From an uncultured Anaerolineaceae bacterium (lineage in GTDB: Bacteria > Chloroflexota > Dehalococcoidia > Tepidiformales > Tepidiformaceae): a DNA stretch of 64,000 nucleotides. Shown in pieces: positions 37,802-49,722 of the stretch; position 1 is the first letter of the stretch; the number at the start of each line of letters is the position of its first letter. The stretch covers positions 1-64,000 of the forward strand of contig CAYTMI010000015.1 in the NCBI GenBank assembly GCA_964438865.1, written 5' to 3'. The position numbers and the translations under genes are program-made. The notes beneath the pieces are model-generated. The model did no database searches. It saw nothing but the letters and a program-made list of their open reading frames with translations, and had not been told where the DNA came from.

Positions 37802-38791
37802 TTGGTCGCCGGCGCACCCGTGCTCACCCCCCAGGCCGCCCGAGCGGCGGACCTCCTCGCCCGTGTGCGCGCCGAAGTCCACCGCGTCATCGTTGGGCAG
37901 GACCTGCTCATCGACCGGTTGCTCATCGGCCTGTTGTGCAACGGCCACGTGCTGGTCGAAGGCGTCCCAGGGCTGGCGAAGACCCTGACCGTCTCCAGCC
38001 TCTCCGCGTCGCTCAACCTCAAGGGCGTCCGCATCCAGTTCACGCCCGACCTACTCCCGGCGGACCTCGTCGGCACGGAAGTGTTCAGCCCCGCGGACGG
38101 CGCGTTCACCGTGCGGAAGGGCCCTATCTTTGCGAATATCGTGCTCGCTGACGAAATCAACCGCGCACCCGCGAAGGTGCAGTCGGCCCTCCTGGAGGCG
38201 ATGCAGGAACGCCAGGTGAGCATCGGCGGCGAGACCTTCCCCCTCGATGAGCCGTTCCTCGTCATGGCCACCCAGAACCCCATCGAGCAAGAAGGCACCT
38301 ATCCTTTGCCCGAAGCACAGCTGGACCGGTTCCTCCTGAAGGTGCGGGTGGACTACCCATCGCGCCAGGAGGAACGCCAGATCCTGGAAATGGGGCTGAA
38401 CGGGACGGCGCCGCGCCCCCGGCCCGTCGCATCGCGCGACGACCTGCTCGCCGCCCGGGAGGCGCTGCACGACGTCGCGATCGACGACGCGTTGAAGGAG
38501 TACATCGTCCAGGTGGTCTTCGCCACCCGCCGGCCGGCCGCCTACCGCCTGCCCGAACTCCAGCCGCTGATCGCCTTCGGAGCGTCGCCGCGCGCGACGA
38601 TTGCCCTCGCCCAGGCCTGCCGCGCCCACGCGTTCCTCCAGGGCCGGCCCTACGCGACTCCAGACGACGTCAAGGCGCTCGCTCACGACGTCCTCCGCCA
38701 CCGGATTGTCACCACCTACGAAGCGGAAGCGGAGGAACTGACCACCGACGACCTCATCGACCGGGTGCTCGAAAGCGTGGAGATCCCGTAA
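37802..38791 (+). CDS. MoxR-like AAA+ ATPase
   Basis: 329 aa; Walker A GVPGLAKT, Walker B VLADEINRA, and the typical MoxR C-terminal region. Confidence 0.88.
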   Translation: MVAGAPVLTPQAARAADLLARVRAEVHRVIVGQDLLIDRLLIGLLCNGHVLVEGVPGLAKTLTVSSLSASLNLKGVRIQFTPDLLPADLVGTEVFSPADGAFTVRKGPIFANIVLADEINRAPAKVQSALLEAMQERQVSIGGETFPLDEPFLVMATQNPIEQEGTYPLPEAQLDRFLLKVRVDYPSRQEERQILEMGLNGTAPRPRPVASRDDLLAAREALHDVAIDDALKEYIVQVVFATRRPAAYRLPELQPLIAFGASPRATIALAQACRAHAFLQGRPYATPDDVKALAHDVLRHRIVTTYEAEAEELTTDDLIDRVLESVEIP

Positions 38792-38807
38792 CCGGGATGG
38801 TGCCGAG

Positions 38808-39743
38808 ATGAGGGCCTGGCGGAGGCGAGCGGCCGCGAAGGAGACCAGCGAGGAGTCGCGGCAGATCCCGCGGGAGATGTTCGAACGCGTCCGGGCGATC
38901 GAGATCAAGGCCCGGCGGCTGGTCAATGACCTCTTCCTCGGCGAATACCACGCCGTCTTCCGTGGGCGCGGGCTGGAGTTCGACGAGCTCCGCCTCTATG
39001 TCCCGGGTGACGACGTTCGCTCCATCGACTGGAAGACGTTCGCCCGCACCGGCCAGCCGTTCATGCGCCGCTACCGGGAAGACCGCGACCTCACGGTCAT
39101 CTTCGTAGTCGACGTGAGCGCGTCGCAGGCGGCGGGTTCCCTGCCTTCGACGAAGGCTGACCTGGCGGCGGAGCTCTGTGCCGTCCTCGCGCTCGCGGCC
39201 ATCCGGAACAAGGACAAAGTCGGCCTCCTCCTGTTCGCGAGCCAGCCCGAACGCTACGTGCGCCCGGCTGGGGGGCCGACGCATGTCTTGAGGGTCGTGC
39301 GCGAGGTGCTCTGGGCCCGGCCGGCCTCCCGGGGGACGGACATCGGGGCGGCGATGGAGTACCTCACGGGGGTCCAGAAGCGCCGGGCGACCGTGTTCCT
39401 GGTGTCTGATTTCCTGACCGACGGATACCAGCGGCCGTTGCGCGCGGCAGCCCGCCGCCACGACATCATCGCCGTCCGCATCCGCGAGCCGATTGACTCC
39501 GAACTCCCCGACGCGGGGATTGTCACCGTCGCCGATGCCGAAACGGGCGCGCCAGTTGAGGTGGACACGGGCAGTGCCGCGGTCCGCGCAGCCTACGCCC
39601 GCCAGGTGAAGGAGACGGACTTCGAACGCCGCCGGCTCTTTGGCGAACTCGGGATCGACGAAATCCCGGTGAGCGTGGGCAAGGACTACGTCCCGGCGCT
39701 GCTGAAGTTCTTCAAGCGCCGGGCGATGGCGGTGGCCTCGTGA
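38808..39743 (+). CDS. DUF58 domain protein (VWA-like partner of MoxR)
   Basis: 311 aa; GEYHAVFRGRGLEFDELRLYVPGDDVRSIDWK, the DUF58 signature. Confidence 0.85.
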   Translation: MRAWRRRAAAKETSEESRQIPREMFERVRAIEIKARRLVNDLFLGEYHAVFRGRGLEFDELRLYVPGDDVRSIDWKTFARTGQPFMRRYREDRDLTVIFVVDVSASQAAGSLPSTKADLAAELCAVLALAAIRNKDKVGLLLFASQPERYVRPAGGPTHVLRVVREVLWARPASRGTDIGAAMEYLTGVQKRRATVFLVSDFLTDGYQRPLRAAARRHDIIAVRIREPIDSELPDAGIVTVADAETGAPVEVDTGSAAVRAAYARQVKETDFERRRLFGELGIDEIPVSVGKDYVPALLKFFKRRAMAVAS

Positions 39744-40636
39744 GAATCGCGGCGGCATTCGTGGCGTTGCTCTGCGCCCTCATAGGCGTGACCGTAGTGG
39801 CGGCCGATGACGGCGATTCGGCCACGGTTTCCCGCGCGCAGGCGCGGATCGGCGACCAGCTGCGCCTTGTGCTGGAAGTGGTGACCGCGCCGAACGCAAC
39901 CGTTGAGGTGGACCCCGGCAGTCCCGCCTGGGCCGGCGTCGAAGTCGTGCAGGTTGAGAGCGTTGGGTCCGTCCCGCGGGGGGACCAGGTCCTGCACCGG
40001 ATTCAGCTTGTCGTGGCGGGATTCGTGCCCGGCGAACGGAGCTTCCGGCCGGCCGTGAACGTTGTCTCCGGCAGCGAAGTGACGCCGCGGCTGCTTCCCG
40101 CTGTGAAGCTCACCGTTCTCAGCACTCTCCCGGCCGATGCCCCGCTGGAGCTTTCGACGCTTCCCCCGCCTTCCGGGATCAGCGGCGCCGAGTCACCCTT
40201 CCTCAGGCCCGGGATCGTCGCCGCGTTTGCGGGTGGCGCCATCGTCGCGGCGTTGCTCATCTTGCTCGCCGGGAGGGCAGTAGTCCGGGCGTGGCGGCGA
40301 CGGTCAGCGGCGGAGGCGCTCCCGGCGCCAATGCCGGCGGACATCGATGGCGCTGCTTCGCTCATCGATTCGGACCCCGTTCGTGCCTATCGGACGCTCG
40401 CGAGCGTGGTACGAAACCTCCTCGCTCACCGTTACGGCTTTCCCGCCTTCGCCCTGACGACGGCTGAGCTCCAGCGGCGCATGGAAGCGGAGGGAGTCGA
40501 CCGCTGGCAGTCCCGGCTCGTTGGCGGGCTGCTCCAAGAGTGCGATGCCGTCGTCTACGCGGGGTACCGGCCGGCCGCCGAACGCCGGCAGGCTGACATC
40601 AACATGGCCCGCGAGATCGTCGAAGGGGCGAGCTGA
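39740..40636 (+). CDS. Membrane protein of the Bat/MoxR operon (BatD/DUF4381-like)
   Basis: 298 aa; N-terminal signal/TM, a central TM, and position between the DUF58 and BatA genes. Confidence 0.55.
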   Translation: MRIAAAFVALLCALIGVTVVAADDGDSATVSRAQARIGDQLRLVLEVVTAPNATVEVDPGSPAWAGVEVVQVESVGSVPRGDQVLHRIQLVVAGFVPGERSFRPAVNVVSGSEVTPRLLPAVKLTVLSTLPADAPLELSTLPPPSGISGAESPFLRPGIVAAFAGGAIVAALLILLAGRAVVRAWRRRSAAEALPAPMPADIDGAASLIDSDPVRAYRTLASVVRNLLAHRYGFPAFALTTAELQRRMEAEGVDRWQSRLVGGLLQECDAVVYAGYRPAAERRQADINMAREIVEGAS

Positions 40637-41580
40637 TGGAATTCGCCGACCCGTGGCTGCTGGCCCTGGCGGGGATTGCGTTACCCGTGGCGGTGCTGGC
40701 CTGGTGGCGGCGCCCCGTGGCCCACATCCTGCCATCGACCGCCGGGGTAGGTGGCTTGCGCCCCACCTGGCGGCTGCGAGCGGCGCGGATGCTGCCGGTG
40801 CTGCGGTTGCTGGCGGTGGGCTTGCTCGCGGTCGCCGTGGCCCGGCCCCGGGCGGGTGAGGCGAACGCTGTCGTGCCGGCACAGGGCATCGATATCGCGC
40901 TCTCGGTCGACATCTCCAGCAGCATGATCTCGAACCGGTTCGCCGACGGCCGGGACCGGCTCACCGTGACGAAAGCGGTGATTCGCGACTTCATCAAGGG
41001 CCGGGAGAACGACCGGATCGGGTTCGTCGTCTTCCAGCAGGACGCGCTCGCGCTAGCGCCGCCCACGCTCGACTACGAGGCGTTGGACAAGATCGTCGCC
41101 CAGACCGAGAGCGGGATCCTGCCGGATGGTACCGGGATCGGCGTGGGGCTGGCCACGGCGCTGAACATGCTGCGCGAGTCGACGGCCGCCAGCCGGGTCG
41201 TCATCCTCCTGACGGACGGCGAACATAACGCCCAGTCGATCAGTCCCGAGGAAGCTGCGGACGTGGCGGCGGCGCTGCGGATCCGCGTCTACACCATCGG
41301 CCTGACCGGCGGGGATGCACCAGGAGGGCGGGGCGCCCTCGACGAATCCCGGATGCGCGCAATTTCGGAACAAACCGGCGGCCAGTACTTCTCGGCCACC
41401 AGCCCGGGCGCCCTGGCCGGCGTCTACGAAGAAATCGACAGCCTGGAAACCAGCCGCGTTGGCAACGAGATCTTCGACCGCTACACGGAGTACGGCTGGT
41501 GGTTCGCCGGCGGCGCCGCGCTGCTGGTCCTTGCCGAACTGGCACTCCGCGGGACGTGGCTGCGGAGGGCGCCGGGATGA
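40636..41580 (+). CDS. batA: VWA domain protein BatA
   Basis: 314 aa; two N-terminal TM segments; MIDAS DxSxS (DISSSM); TDGEHN. Confidence 0.85.
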   Translation: MEFADPWLLALAGIALPVAVLAWWRRPVAHILPSTAGVGGLRPTWRLRAARMLPVLRLLAVGLLAVAVARPRAGEANAVVPAQGIDIALSVDISSSMISNRFADGRDRLTVTKAVIRDFIKGRENDRIGFVVFQQDALALAPPTLDYEALDKIVAQTESGILPDGTGIGVGLATALNMLRESTAASRVVILLTDGEHNAQSISPEEAADVAAALRIRVYTIGLTGGDAPGGRGALDESRMRAISEQTGGQYFSATSPGALAGVYEEIDSLETSRVGNEIFDRYTEYGWWFAGGAALLVLAELALRGTWLRRAPG

Positions 41581-43307
41581 GTGAACTCGACTTCGGACGG
41601 GCCTGGCTGCTCTTCCTGCTCCCGATGGCGCCGCTCGCGCTTGGCGGGTGGTGGGTCGCTGTCCGCCACGGAGCACGGCGTGCCGGGAAGCTCTCCCGGT
41701 CGCGTAGCCCGTCCCCGCCCTACGCAAGCGCAGTCCTCCTCGCCCTGGCGGCGGTCGTGGCAATAGTGGCTGCCGCCCAGCCGCGCTGGGGCACCCGGGT
41801 CTCGTCGATTCCTCGCCAGGGGGCGGACGTTGTTGTCGTGCTCGACGTTTCCCGGAGCATGGAGGCGCGCGACGTCGCCCCCAGCCGGCTCGAAGCGGCG
41901 AAGAGCGCGGTCAACGCGACCTTCGCGCGGCTCACCGGAGACCGCGTCGGGGTCGTGGTGTTCGGCGGTTCGGCCAGGATCCGGTTCCCGCTGACGAGCG
42001 ATATGGCCGCCGCTCAGCAGGTCGTCTCGTCGCTAGAAACCGGGCCGGTCATCGTCCAGGCGGGTTCGAGCGCATCCTCAGGTTTCGCCGTCGCCATCGA
42101 TGCCTTCGACCCGGCGCAGGTGGGCGGCAAGTTGCTCATCCTGGTAACCGACGGCGATGACCTCGGTCCGGACCCTGCGGCGGTAGCCTCCGCGGTGCGC
42201 GCCGCCGGCGTCGACCTGCTGGTGGTTGGCGTGGGCACGGCCGAAGGTTCCGCGGTCCCCGTGTACGACCTGACGAAGCGCAAGTTCGTCGACAAACTCG
42301 ATGCCAACGGCAGGCCGATCATCACCCGCCTGGACGAGCCTTTTCTCCGGACCCTCGCGGCGGCCTCGGGCGGGCGTTACCTGGGATCGAACCTGGCGGC
42401 GGTGCCCGGGGCGGTGCAGGGACGGCTGGAGACGATCGAGCGAGCCCGGATCCAGCAGGAGTCGCCGGAACTGCCAATCGAACGCTACCAGTGGTTCGCC
42501 GGCGCCGCCCTCGCGCTCCTCGTCCTGGCGACCTTCGCGGAATGGCTGCCCCGGGTAGCTGGCCGGCGCTTGGCGCTGGTGTTGCTGGCCGGGCTGATGC
42601 TGCTCCCCGCCTGTGCGACGCGAGCCTGGGACTTGAACGACCAGGCTCGGCAGGCGTACCGCGAGGGAGACTTCGAGCGCGCCGCCGACCTGTTCTTCGA
42701 GGCGCAGGCTGAGCAGCCGGAGGACCCGGCGATCGCACTCAACCTTGCCTCGGCCCTTCACAGCGCCGGCCGCTTCGGCGAGGCGGCGCAGGTTGCCCGG
42801 AGGGCGCTGCTTTCGAACGACCCGAAGGTCACTGCGCGGGCGTATGCGAGCATCGGCCATCACCAGTTCGCGGACGGGGACGCGCGAGCCGCCCTGGATT
42901 CGTTCAAGCAGGCGCTGCTCCTCGACCCGGCCGACGAAGCCAGCCGCCACGACTACGAAGTCCTGCTGCGCCTCCTCGGTCCAGAGCAGAAGCCGCAGCC
43001 CGGGGACCAGCAGCCCGGGGATGGCGACCCCAGCGAGCCGCGCCCCGGCGACGAACCGCCACCAGACGGCGAGCCTGGCGGCGGTGACCAGCCGCCGGCC
43101 GACGCCGAGCCGCGCCCCTCCAGCGGTGGGGAGATCGAGGCGAGGCTGTCAGCCCTGGACCGCGAGATCGCGCGGTTGTTGCGGGAAGCGGGAGAGACCC
43201 CTTCGGCGGCGGAGGCCATCAAGATCCTCAATCTCATCGCCGAACGGAACCGCGTCGCCGCGATGCGGGACGCGCTGAAGGGCGATTCCAACCCCCGCGA
43301 CTACTGA
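41577..43307 (+). CDS. batB: VWA + TPR repeat protein BatB/BatC-like, with Pro/Asp/Glu-rich tail
   Basis: 576 aa from the ATG at 41577, overlapping the batA stop (ATGA). MIDAS DVSRSM; TPR repeats (AYREGDFERAADLFFEA...); low-complexity QPQPGDQQPGDGDPSEPRPGDEPPPDGEPGGGDQPP. Confidence 0.85.
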   Translation: MSELDFGRAWLLFLLPMAPLALGGWWVAVRHGARRAGKLSRSRSPSPPYASAVLLALAAVVAIVAAAQPRWGTRVSSIPRQGADVVVVLDVSRSMEARDVAPSRLEAAKSAVNATFARLTGDRVGVVVFGGSARIRFPLTSDMAAAQQVVSSLETGPVIVQAGSSASSGFAVAIDAFDPAQVGGKLLILVTDGDDLGPDPAAVASAVRAAGVDLLVVGVGTAEGSAVPVYDLTKRKFVDKLDANGRPIITRLDEPFLRTLAAASGGRYLGSNLAAVPGAVQGRLETIERARIQQESPELPIERYQWFAGAALALLVLATFAEWLPRVAGRRLALVLLAGLMLLPACATRAWDLNDQARQAYREGDFERAADLFFEAQAEQPEDPAIALNLASALHSAGRFGEAAQVARRALLSNDPKVTARAYASIGHHQFADGDARAALDSFKQALLLDPADEASRHDYEVLLRLLGPEQKPQPGDQQPGDGDPSEPRPGDEPPPDGEPGGGDQPPADAEPRPSSGGEIEARLSALDREIARLLREAGETPSAAEAIKILNLIAERNRVAAMRDALKGDSNPRDY

Positions 43308-43335
43308 GCCGGGCCCCGAAAAGCCGGCCCGGCTC
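43306..43335. terminator. GC hairpin between convergent genes (GAGCCGGGCC...GGCCCGGCTC)
   Basis: 10-bp perfect arms with a 10-nt loop, between the batB stop and the minus-strand small ORF stop. Confidence 0.5.
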
Positions 43336-43350
43336 AGCCAGGGACAGTCG

Positions 43351-43467
43351 CTACTTCTTCACCGGGACCCGGATCTGCTTGCCGGGCGACTGCGGGGCGG
43401 CGGGCTTACCGCCCCCGCTCCCGCCCTTCGGAGCCTGTCCCGGTTTTGTCTTCGGTTGCTTTGCCAT
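43351..43467 (-). CDS. Small basic protein, 38 aa (MAKQPKTKPGQAPKGGSGGGKPAAPQSPGKQIRVPVKK); hypothetical
   Basis: Not in the ORF track because it is below the cut-off. Strong Shine-Dalgarno AAAGGAG 7 nt upstream of the ATG; intergenic location between batB and the RAM-domain gene; stop followed by the hairpin above. Confidence 0.45.
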   Translation of the reverse strand: MAKQPKTKPGQAPKGGSGGGKPAAPQSPGKQIRVPVKK

Positions 43468-43646
43468 GCTGGCACTCCTTTCGTTCCAATGCGCCGCCTC
43501 ACCATCGGGCGAGTGCGGCAGTCGACGTTCCCTGGAAGGATCACGTCACATCGGGGAGTGCCTCCTTCGGCGCCAGCCTGTGCGCACCGTCATCCTACTC
43601 CTGCGATGGAGCACCGCGCAGCAGCACGGTGCCCTACACTACGGCC

Positions 43647-43892
43647 ATGCGCGCTGTTTTTGTGATGGTCAAGACCGATCCGGGCCACGGCACGGAAGTG
43701 GCCAACCGCGTGGCCGACGTGGAGAGCTTCTCCGAGGCCTACAGCATCACCGGCCAGTACGACCTGCTGGTGAAACTCTACGTCACGGACATCGACTCGG
43801 TGGGTCGCCTCATCGAACGGGACATCCACTCAATCCCCCACGTGCGGGAGACCTTCACGATTCTCACGTTCGAGGCGTTCGGCGCCCGGTAG
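43647..43892 (+). CDS. Stand-alone Lrp/AsnC C-terminal (RAM) domain protein
   Basis: 81 aa from the ATG at 43647; the MRAVFVMVKTDPGHGTEVANRVADVE.F.EAYSITGQYDLLVKLYV.DIDSVGRLIERDIHSIPHVRET.T pattern matches the AsnC-type ligand-binding domain without an HTH. Confidence 0.65.
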   Translation: MRAVFVMVKTDPGHGTEVANRVADVESFSEAYSITGQYDLLVKLYVTDIDSVGRLIERDIHSIPHVRETFTILTFEAFGAR

Positions 43893-43920
43893 CTGCCCTT
43901 GTCACCGGCTGCCTTCGCGG

Positions 43921-45585
<1,665 letters not shown>

Positions 45586-45656
45586 GGCCTGGCCCCCCGG
45601 CTCTGGCGTGTTGGAGAGAGTGTACCGTTCCCGGCGCGGGCCGTAACCCGGCGCGT

Positions 45657-46898
45657 TCAGTCCAGGGCGCGAACCTGCGGGTGGAGGAAGCCAAGCACTG
45701 CGACGGCCATCGTCGCTATCCCGCCCCCGGCCAGGACTTCGGCGGGGCCGAAGCGGTCGGAGGCCCAGCCCGCGGCTGCGTACCCGATCGGGAGGAGCGC
45801 GTAGGAGCCCAGCGAGTCGATGCTCGCCACCCGGCCCAGCAGGTGTTGGGGGACCAGTTCCTGCATCGCGCCCACCCAGATGAGGCCGAACGTGGTCAGG
45901 CAGGCGCCTTCGAGAACGGAGGCGCCCAGGAGCACCGCGAGAGGCGCCCCCGTCGCGTAGACGGTGAGCAAGGCGCCCTGGAAGAGGAGCGCCCCACTGG
46001 TGAACCAACCCCGGTGGCGGACTCGTTTGAAGCGGCCAAGCACGACAGCCGCCGCAACCGCGCCCGCGGCCGTGAAGGAGAGGATGAGCCCGAACGCCTC
46101 GACGCCTTCGGCCCGGACGTCGCTGATCAGGAACGGCAGGGCCACGTTGTGCGGCCCGCTGATCGTGACGTTGGCGATCGCGGCGACCGCAATCGTGACC
46201 CAGAGGAACGGCCGGGAGAAGACTGCTCGAAGCCCGGTACCGAGGTCCGTGAGCCAGCCGTCGCTCGGTCCGGCCCCGGCGACGCGGTGGCTGCGGCCGG
46301 GCATGAAGGCAAGGAAACCGGCGGAGATGAAGAAAGTCGCCGCGTCGAGGGTGAACGCGGTCGAGGTCCCGCCGGTGGCAACGAGAATGGCACCCAGCGC
46401 CGGTCCGCCGATCCCGATCGCTTGCTGGCTGACGGAGGTGAGCGAATTCGCGCTGGGCAGAGCCTCGGCCGGGGTTACCTGGGGGACCGCCGCCGCGTAG
46501 GCCGGCTGGAAGAACGCATCTACGAGGCCGAAGACCGTGCTCGCCAGGAATACGTGCCAGATCTCCAGCGAATCGCTGACGGCGAGGGCCGCGATCCCGG
46601 CCACGAGCACGCCGCGGATGAGGTCCGATGCGAGCATGACCCCAATCCGGGGGAGCCGGTCGACGACGACGCCCCCAACTAGCAGGAACAGCAGCATCGG
46701 GGCGAACGAGAAGACGAGGACGGCGGCCATGGTCCTCGGCGAGCCTGTCTCTTCCAGGACCCACCAGGCGAGCGCGATTCGATAGACCGAGTCTCCGAGG
46801 CGGGAGACGCTTTGCCCGCCCCAGAGGAGGGCGAACCCGCGGCCGCGGAGGGAATCGAAGAGGGCCACGGCGGAGAAGATTGAACGGCCCCGGCCCAA
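45657..46898 (-). CDS. MFS transporter
   Basis: 413 aa; 12 predicted TM segments; MFS motifs. Confidence 0.75.
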   Translation of the reverse strand: MGRGRSIFSAVALFDSLRGRGFALLWGGQSVSRLGDSVYRIALAWWVLEETGSPRTMAAVLVFSFAPMLLFLLVGGVVVDRLPRIGVMLASDLIRGVLVAGIAALAVSDSLEIWHVFLASTVFGLVDAFFQPAYAAAVPQVTPAEALPSANSLTSVSQQAIGIGGPALGAILVATGGTSTAFTLDAATFFISAGFLAFMPGRSHRVAGAGPSDGWLTDLGTGLRAVFSRPFLWVTIAVAAIANVTISGPHNVALPFLISDVRAEGVEAFGLILSFTAAGAVAAAVVLGRFKRVRHRGWFTSGALLFQGALLTVYATGAPLAVLLGASVLEGACLTTFGLIWVGAMQELVPQHLLGRVASIDSLGSYALLPIGYAAAGWASDRFGPAEVLAGGGIATMAVAVLGFLHPQVRALD

Positions 46899-46919
46899 CG
46901 GTCGAATGGCTGTGCCGAG

Positions 46920-48425
46920 CTACCGGTTGGTGGGCTCCTGGCGGCAGCCTTCTTCGTCGAGCCTGGAGATGCTGATCGCGTCGGCGACATAGATGCAGCC
47001 ACGCTGGTCGACGGCGACCGCGAGCGGCCCATGGGGGAATTCGTGGAGGAGCCGCGGTTTCTGGTCGACGCGGCTGTCGGCCCCCTGGTGGAGGAGGTAC
47101 ACGCCGGTACTCTTGAAGGCGGAGAGGATGATCTCGCTTCCGCTGGCGCCCCGCCGCGTGGCTATCCCGGCGGGGGCGATGGTCATGTGACCGGTGTCGA
47201 ACACCGGCTTCGAAATCATGTCCCGGGTGTCCGTGAACGGCCACTCGTGGTTGGACCCCGGAGTTACGAGCCGCACCTGGTCGTTCGTGTTCCGCCCGTT
47301 CTCGGCAACCAGGAGCTGCCCCGTGGCGATGTCGCACGTGGCCGCGAACGGGTTTCGGAACCCGATCGCGAACACTGGCGGCTCGCTGGCGGTGTAGCCG
47401 TCAGGCACGAGGTCGAACCCGCTGAGGCGGTAACGAAGCACCTTCCCCTCTCCCTTGGTCGGGAGTTGGGCCAGGCTCTGTACGGCGATATCCGTCGCAA
47501 CCAGGTAGGGGTCCGTGTCCCCGGTGGTCAGGAAAAACGAATCCCCGCAGAAGGCAACCGCGGTCCCGTAGTGGTTGCTCTCCCCGGGCTGGGCAGTCGG
47601 GAGCCGGGTGATGACAGGGGTCACTTCCGGCGGCCCGCTGGTCTTCACCCGGAGGACCTGGAGGTAGCTGCGCCCGTCGGCCTGCTGCTGGGCCGTGACG
47701 TAGGCGTATGGCTCGGCTGGCCACTGCGGGTGGAGCGCGACGTGGAACGTCAGCGCGCCTTCCGCAAGCCCGAGGTCGATCTTCGTGGTTGGACGCGGTC
47801 CGCCTCCCGCGGGCGCCGGACCAGCGATGGTGAGCGCCCCTTTCATCAACTCGACGAACACCAGTTCGCCATCGGGGCCAATGGCAAGCCCAGTGGGCAT
47901 CTCCAGGCCGTCCACGATGCGAGTCGCGCTCACCTGTTCTCCCGTTTCCGTGCCGGCGGGGTGGCGGGGCTGACGGTCGGCCTCGTTGGTGATTGCCAGC
48001 AGCGCAATGACGGCAACCAGGCTGACGGCAAGCTGGCTCCCGGTCGCCACCCAGGGCTGCCGGAAGCGGCCCCGCAGAATGCGCAGCGACCCCCAGATGA
48101 CGAGAAGGCTGATCCCAAGACCAAGTACGAAGGCCAGGTCCAGCGCGGTGACGATGAACGTGGACGAGATGTAGGGCTTCAGCTTGAAGGCAAGGACCGT
48201 GAAGGGGAGTTGGTCGACGGTGGAGACGATCGAAGCAGCCATCAGCACGAGGCCGCTCACTGCGAGGGTGACGCCTTGCCCACGTTGGCGCTGCGGCCCT
48301 CGCCTCATTGCCAGCCAGAGCCCGTTCGCGACGAGTCCGCCTGCTACCCCAAGCGCGATGGTGAAGAACCATTCGGCGCCATCAACATCGAGGGAGACCC
48401 TGTCTGGACGCATGCAGTGAACCAT
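46920..48425 (-). CDS. Membrane-anchored beta-propeller protein, PQQ-dependent sugar dehydrogenase-like (sorbosone/glucose dehydrogenase family)
   Basis: About 500 aa; 3-4 N-terminal TM helices, then a propeller-like domain with [14 protein letters not shown] / FRNPF motifs. Confidence 0.5.
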   Translation of the reverse strand: MVHCMRPDRVSLDVDGAEWFFTIALGVAGGLVANGLWLAMRRGPQRQRGQGVTLAVSGLVLMAASIVSTVDQLPFTVLAFKLKPYISSTFIVTALDLAFVLGLGISLLVIWGSLRILRGRFRQPWVATGSQLAVSLVAVIALLAITNEADRQPRHPAGTETGEQVSATRIVDGLEMPTGLAIGPDGELVFVELMKGALTIAGPAPAGGGPRPTTKIDLGLAEGALTFHVALHPQWPAEPYAYVTAQQQADGRSYLQVLRVKTSGPPEVTPVITRLPTAQPGESNHYGTAVAFCGDSFFLTTGDTDPYLVATDIAVQSLAQLPTKGEGKVLRYRLSGFDLVPDGYTASEPPVFAIGFRNPFAATCDIATGQLLVAENGRNTNDQVRLVTPGSNHEWPFTDTRDMISKPVFDTGHMTIAPAGIATRRGASGSEIILSAFKSTGVYLLHQGADSRVDQKPRLLHEFPHGPLAVAVDQRGCIYVADAISISRLDEEGCRQEPTNR

Positions 48426-48499
48426 ACAGGGCTGGCCACCTTCGAAGGATGGGAGCGGGCGCCTACCGCCACTGCCGCCCCGCGCTGTACCCTGTGTCC

Positions 48500-49000
48500 A
48501 TGGCGAAAGACGAATCGTTCGATATCACCACCGGGGTCGACCTGCAGGAAGTCGACAACGCCGTGAACCAGGCCCGCAAGGAGATCTCCACGCGGTTCGA
48601 CTTCAAGAACGTGCTGGTCGAGGTCGAGTACAGCCGCGAGAAGGCCACCCTGAACATCCACACCGCCGACGACTACAAGCTAGAGGCGATCTGGCAGGTG
48701 CTGGCCCAGCGATTCATCGCCCGGAGCGTGCCCCTGGAGAACCTGAAGCGCGGCACCATCGAGAAGGCTTCGGGTGGCACCGTCCGCCAGGAGGTGACGA
48801 TGACGCAGGGGATCGACTCCGACACAGCCCGGAAGATCGTGAAGTTCATCAAGGACCAGAAGTACAAGAAGGTCCAATCCCAGGTACAGGGCGACGCTGT
48901 GCGTGTCAGCAGCCCCAGCCGGGACGAACTTCAGCAGGTCATCACCGCCCTCAAGGGTGAGGACTATGGGATCAAGCTGAACTTCGGGAACTACCGGTAG
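48500..49000 (+). CDS. yajQ: YajQ-family (UPF0234) nucleotide/c-di-GMP-binding protein
   Basis: 166 aa from the ATG at 48500 (MAKDESFDITTGVDLQEVDNAVNQA.KEI.TRFDFK), the canonical YajQ sequence. Confidence 0.88.
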   Translation: MAKDESFDITTGVDLQEVDNAVNQARKEISTRFDFKNVLVEVEYSREKATLNIHTADDYKLEAIWQVLAQRFIARSVPLENLKRGTIEKASGGTVRQEVTMTQGIDSDTARKIVKFIKDQKYKKVQSQVQGDAVRVSSPSRDELQQVITALKGEDYGIKLNFGNYR

Positions 49001-49003
49001 CGC

Positions 49004-49369
49004 TCAGGAAAGGGCGAGCGGGACGACCCTCGAAGCGAGCATGCGGGCGTCCCGCGTGACCAGCGGGATTCCATGCACGAGGCTGGTCGCTGCGATGAGT
49101 TCGTCGGCCGGGTCGCCGCGAAAGTCGAGCTGGCGCAATGCCCGGGCGATCTCCAGATCTATCGGCCAGACCGTCAGTCTACCGACGACTTCGCGGAGGC
49201 CGCCGTGATCCGGACCGGTCCGGACCCGCCCCATCCGAGCGAGGTGCCCGATCTCCCAGAGCACCATGTCCGAGATGCACCAGAAATCGTTGCTGAGTAG
49301 CTCCTGTTCGTCCCGGCGCAGGCGCCCCTCTACCGCCGCGATCAGGATGTGCGTGTCAAGGTTTAGCAT
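49004..49369 (-). CDS. vapC: PIN-domain toxin (VapC-like) of a type II toxin-antitoxin pair
   Basis: 121 aa; MLNLDTHILI... with PIN acidic residues (D5, E.., D..); lies immediately downstream of the Phd/YefM antitoxin gene. Confidence 0.7.
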   Translation of the reverse strand: MLNLDTHILIAAVEGRLRRDEQELLSNDFWCISDMVLWEIGHLARMGRVRTGPDHGGLREVVGRLTVWPIDLEIARALRQLDFRGDPADELIAATSLVHGIPLVTRDARMLASRVVPLALS

Positions 49370-49615
49370 TCAGGCATTCAGGTCGCCCCACTCATCGGAG
49401 ACCCACGCTCCCGTCGAGAAGAGATCGTCGTTCTCATCGACGATAACCTGGCCCTTCAGGCTCCCGATGAGGTAGCCATGGCTCCGCTCCTCGTGTACGG
49501 CTACCAGCTTCGCAACCGGCTTCCCGCGCTTGGTGATGATGATGCCCTCGGCGTCGATGCTGTCGAGGATCGCGAGGCACTGAGCCTTGAACTGGGCCGC
49601 GCCGATGGTTCTCAT
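49370..49615 (-). CDS. Phd/YefM-family antitoxin
   Basis: About 81 aa from the ATG at 49615 (MRTIGAAQFKAQCLAILDSIDAEGIIITKRGKPVAKLV), the Phd/YefM pattern. Its stop TGA abuts the toxin ATG (TGAATG). Confidence 0.7.
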   Translation of the reverse strand: MRTIGAAQFKAQCLAILDSIDAEGIIITKRGKPVAKLVAVHEERSHGYLIGSLKGQVIVDENDDLFSTGAWVSDEWGDLNA

Positions 49616-49722
49616 GACCACAGTATGTGACTGGTCACTTGAGTTGTCCACATCGAAAGAAGGACAGTCAGCCTACCGCCGGGTAGACTGGGCGCGTAAT
49701 CGCTCACAGCAGGACGAAACCG

